A stretch of 64,000 nt of DNA from Takakia lepidozioides (lineage: Eukaryota > Plantae > Bryophyta): contig CM060731.1 in the NCBI GenBank assembly GCA_030704615.1, positions 81,282,001 to 81,346,000 on the forward strand, in the 5' to 3' direction. Positions 62,400 to 64,000 of this stretch are shown here, piece by piece. Both the position numbers and the translations under genes were made by a program. How positions within the stretch are numbered: the first letter of the stretch is position 1; every line of letters begins with the position of its first letter. The notes under the pieces are model-generated. The model was not told the origin of the DNA. It ran no database searches and saw only the letters and a list, made by a program, of their open reading frames with translations.

Positions 62400-64000
62400 G
62401 GGTAGTCTTTGGAGAAGAAGAGTCTTGCATTGGTTGCATGCTGCATCAATGCCGGCCTTCGTGTGCCAATACCAGCTTTTACACGAGTAAGCTCAGCCGA
62501 CAAAGAACAAGTGAGAAACAGCAGCTAACAAATCTGTAGGAACATCATGTAGGGGTTTCAAGATAACACACACGATGGTGGCTGATTGAACTTCATCCTT
62601 ATTGCAATGTAATAATGCCTTGAGAACATTTAACTTGGATTGTCGTACAAACACATATGTGCACTCTCACCAAGCCTCAGCCATCTTGAGGCATACAGAA
62701 GCTTTCAGAGCATTTACACAAAATGTACACGCATTAGACTCCTGTGTTCCATTCACCTGAAAGATTGGTGAATATCTAGTTCTCCTGAGGCAAATGGAGC
62801 ACAGGAGTCTAACCAGAGTAGGTAGATTATTCTGAGGTTCATCTCAGATGAGTGAAGGAATCAATATCAAAGCACCATTTTATAAGGCGGTACTCTCTGC
62901 CTTTCTAGAATGCTACAGATTAGTGTGCTACAATCGTATAAGCTACAAGCTAAGTAAGCATGCCTCATTGAGGTACATCATATGGTATGATATTCCTCAA
63001 GGATGACGACAAAGAGGCAGCATTATTAAGAGGACAGTGCAGCCTGGGAAGCTGACTTCTTCCTCAAACAATCAACCTCTGCTAATGCAGCGGAGGTTTT
63101 CCAACTTGCTATACACAACTATTTGCATCTCTAACCCTATCATGTAAGCAGGGCTTTGCATTCCATAGGCTGTCCGGCTGTCTCCTATTCTTAGTACAAT
63201 ACACATTACCCAAAGTACAAGCCACACGCAATAGCTTGCTTAACTTCTATGTGTCATGGCATGCTCTACATTGTACCTGACACTCTGCATGGCTTTGGCA
63301 GGTCACCATGCCAGGCCTGGAAGCAATTGAAGAGTCTGAATGTGATCGAACAGCTGGTAGTCACTATCCAGCAGCAAATGCACTTCGCTAGGGGGGTCCC
63401 CATCCATTGAGATCTCCACATTCCTGCAATGCCACAGTAATTCGAGTGCTATAAAATGTGTGCCCTTAAGAGAGAGTTTGTACTCATTGACTGTCCCTTG
63501 CTAATGTTGGCTACAAAGTATCCTTGAGCGTATGTCCACATGATTCTAGCCCGTCCCAAGCAGATCATCGTATTTCAGCTCATTGAGGCTCAGCCCAAAA
63601 TAGCACATAGCCCTCATGCACAGGAGACAAAACCCGATAACAGGGAATGCAGTGCTGATTGAAGTTGATCTCAGCGCTCTAGCTTGGAACAAATGTAACA
63701 ATAGCTGTGGTTGATCCACTGATGAGAGAAAAGGGCATAGGAGAGAGGAGCAGCGGCCACAAGTCATAGTGAACATCAACGAAGGAGTACTTCGGACTAG
63801 AGGAGCAACTGATATGAAATCCTGCACATGTGAGCAAAGCATGCAATGCTAGACAACCGACAAATGGCGACAATCCTCAAACCAGAGAGTCCTGCCAATC
63901 CTGGTGGCAGACTGCAACAACTTCCAACCAACATTGTTTGAAACACTAAGTGTGCAATGTGTGATGGCAGTATCAGAAACACGGAGAGGTATTCTCATCA
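62400..64000 (-). pseudogene. possible very degenerate PLS-type PPR relic
   Basis: Only scattered resemblance (TFCVNALKAS, ALQECGDL...EVH, LHALLTCAGF) with many stops. Confidence 0.2.

Overview
Eukaryotic land-plant nuclear DNA, with spliceosomal introns, plastid CPN60A, PIN and MSH1 homologues. The repeat families suggest a non-seed plant, but this is inference. About 53 kb is nested transposons and gene relics, followed by an intact 9-exon chaperonin-60 alpha gene. Two unusual mobile systems stand out. (1) An 11.9-kb Mutator-like DNA transposon (4938-16835, 11-bp flanking direct repeat). Its SWIM/DDE transposase and a spliced ParB-like + amino-(N6A/N4C)-methyltransferase-like gene diverge from a central array of ~22 116-bp units, each with an 18-bp-arm palindrome. 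(2) A Ty3/gypsy-type retroelement family, present in three diverged copies. Its best-preserved copy encodes a C5-cytosine DNA methyltransferase after the protease and a PHD finger at the end of Pol. The family has a covarying self-complementary primer site, and the one fully bounded copy (35603-52893) has split, circularly permuted terminal repeats (B...A-gc-B-A) instead of ordinary LTRs. All TE genes seen carry stops or frameshifts. All calls rest on motif recognition by eye; no searches were run.
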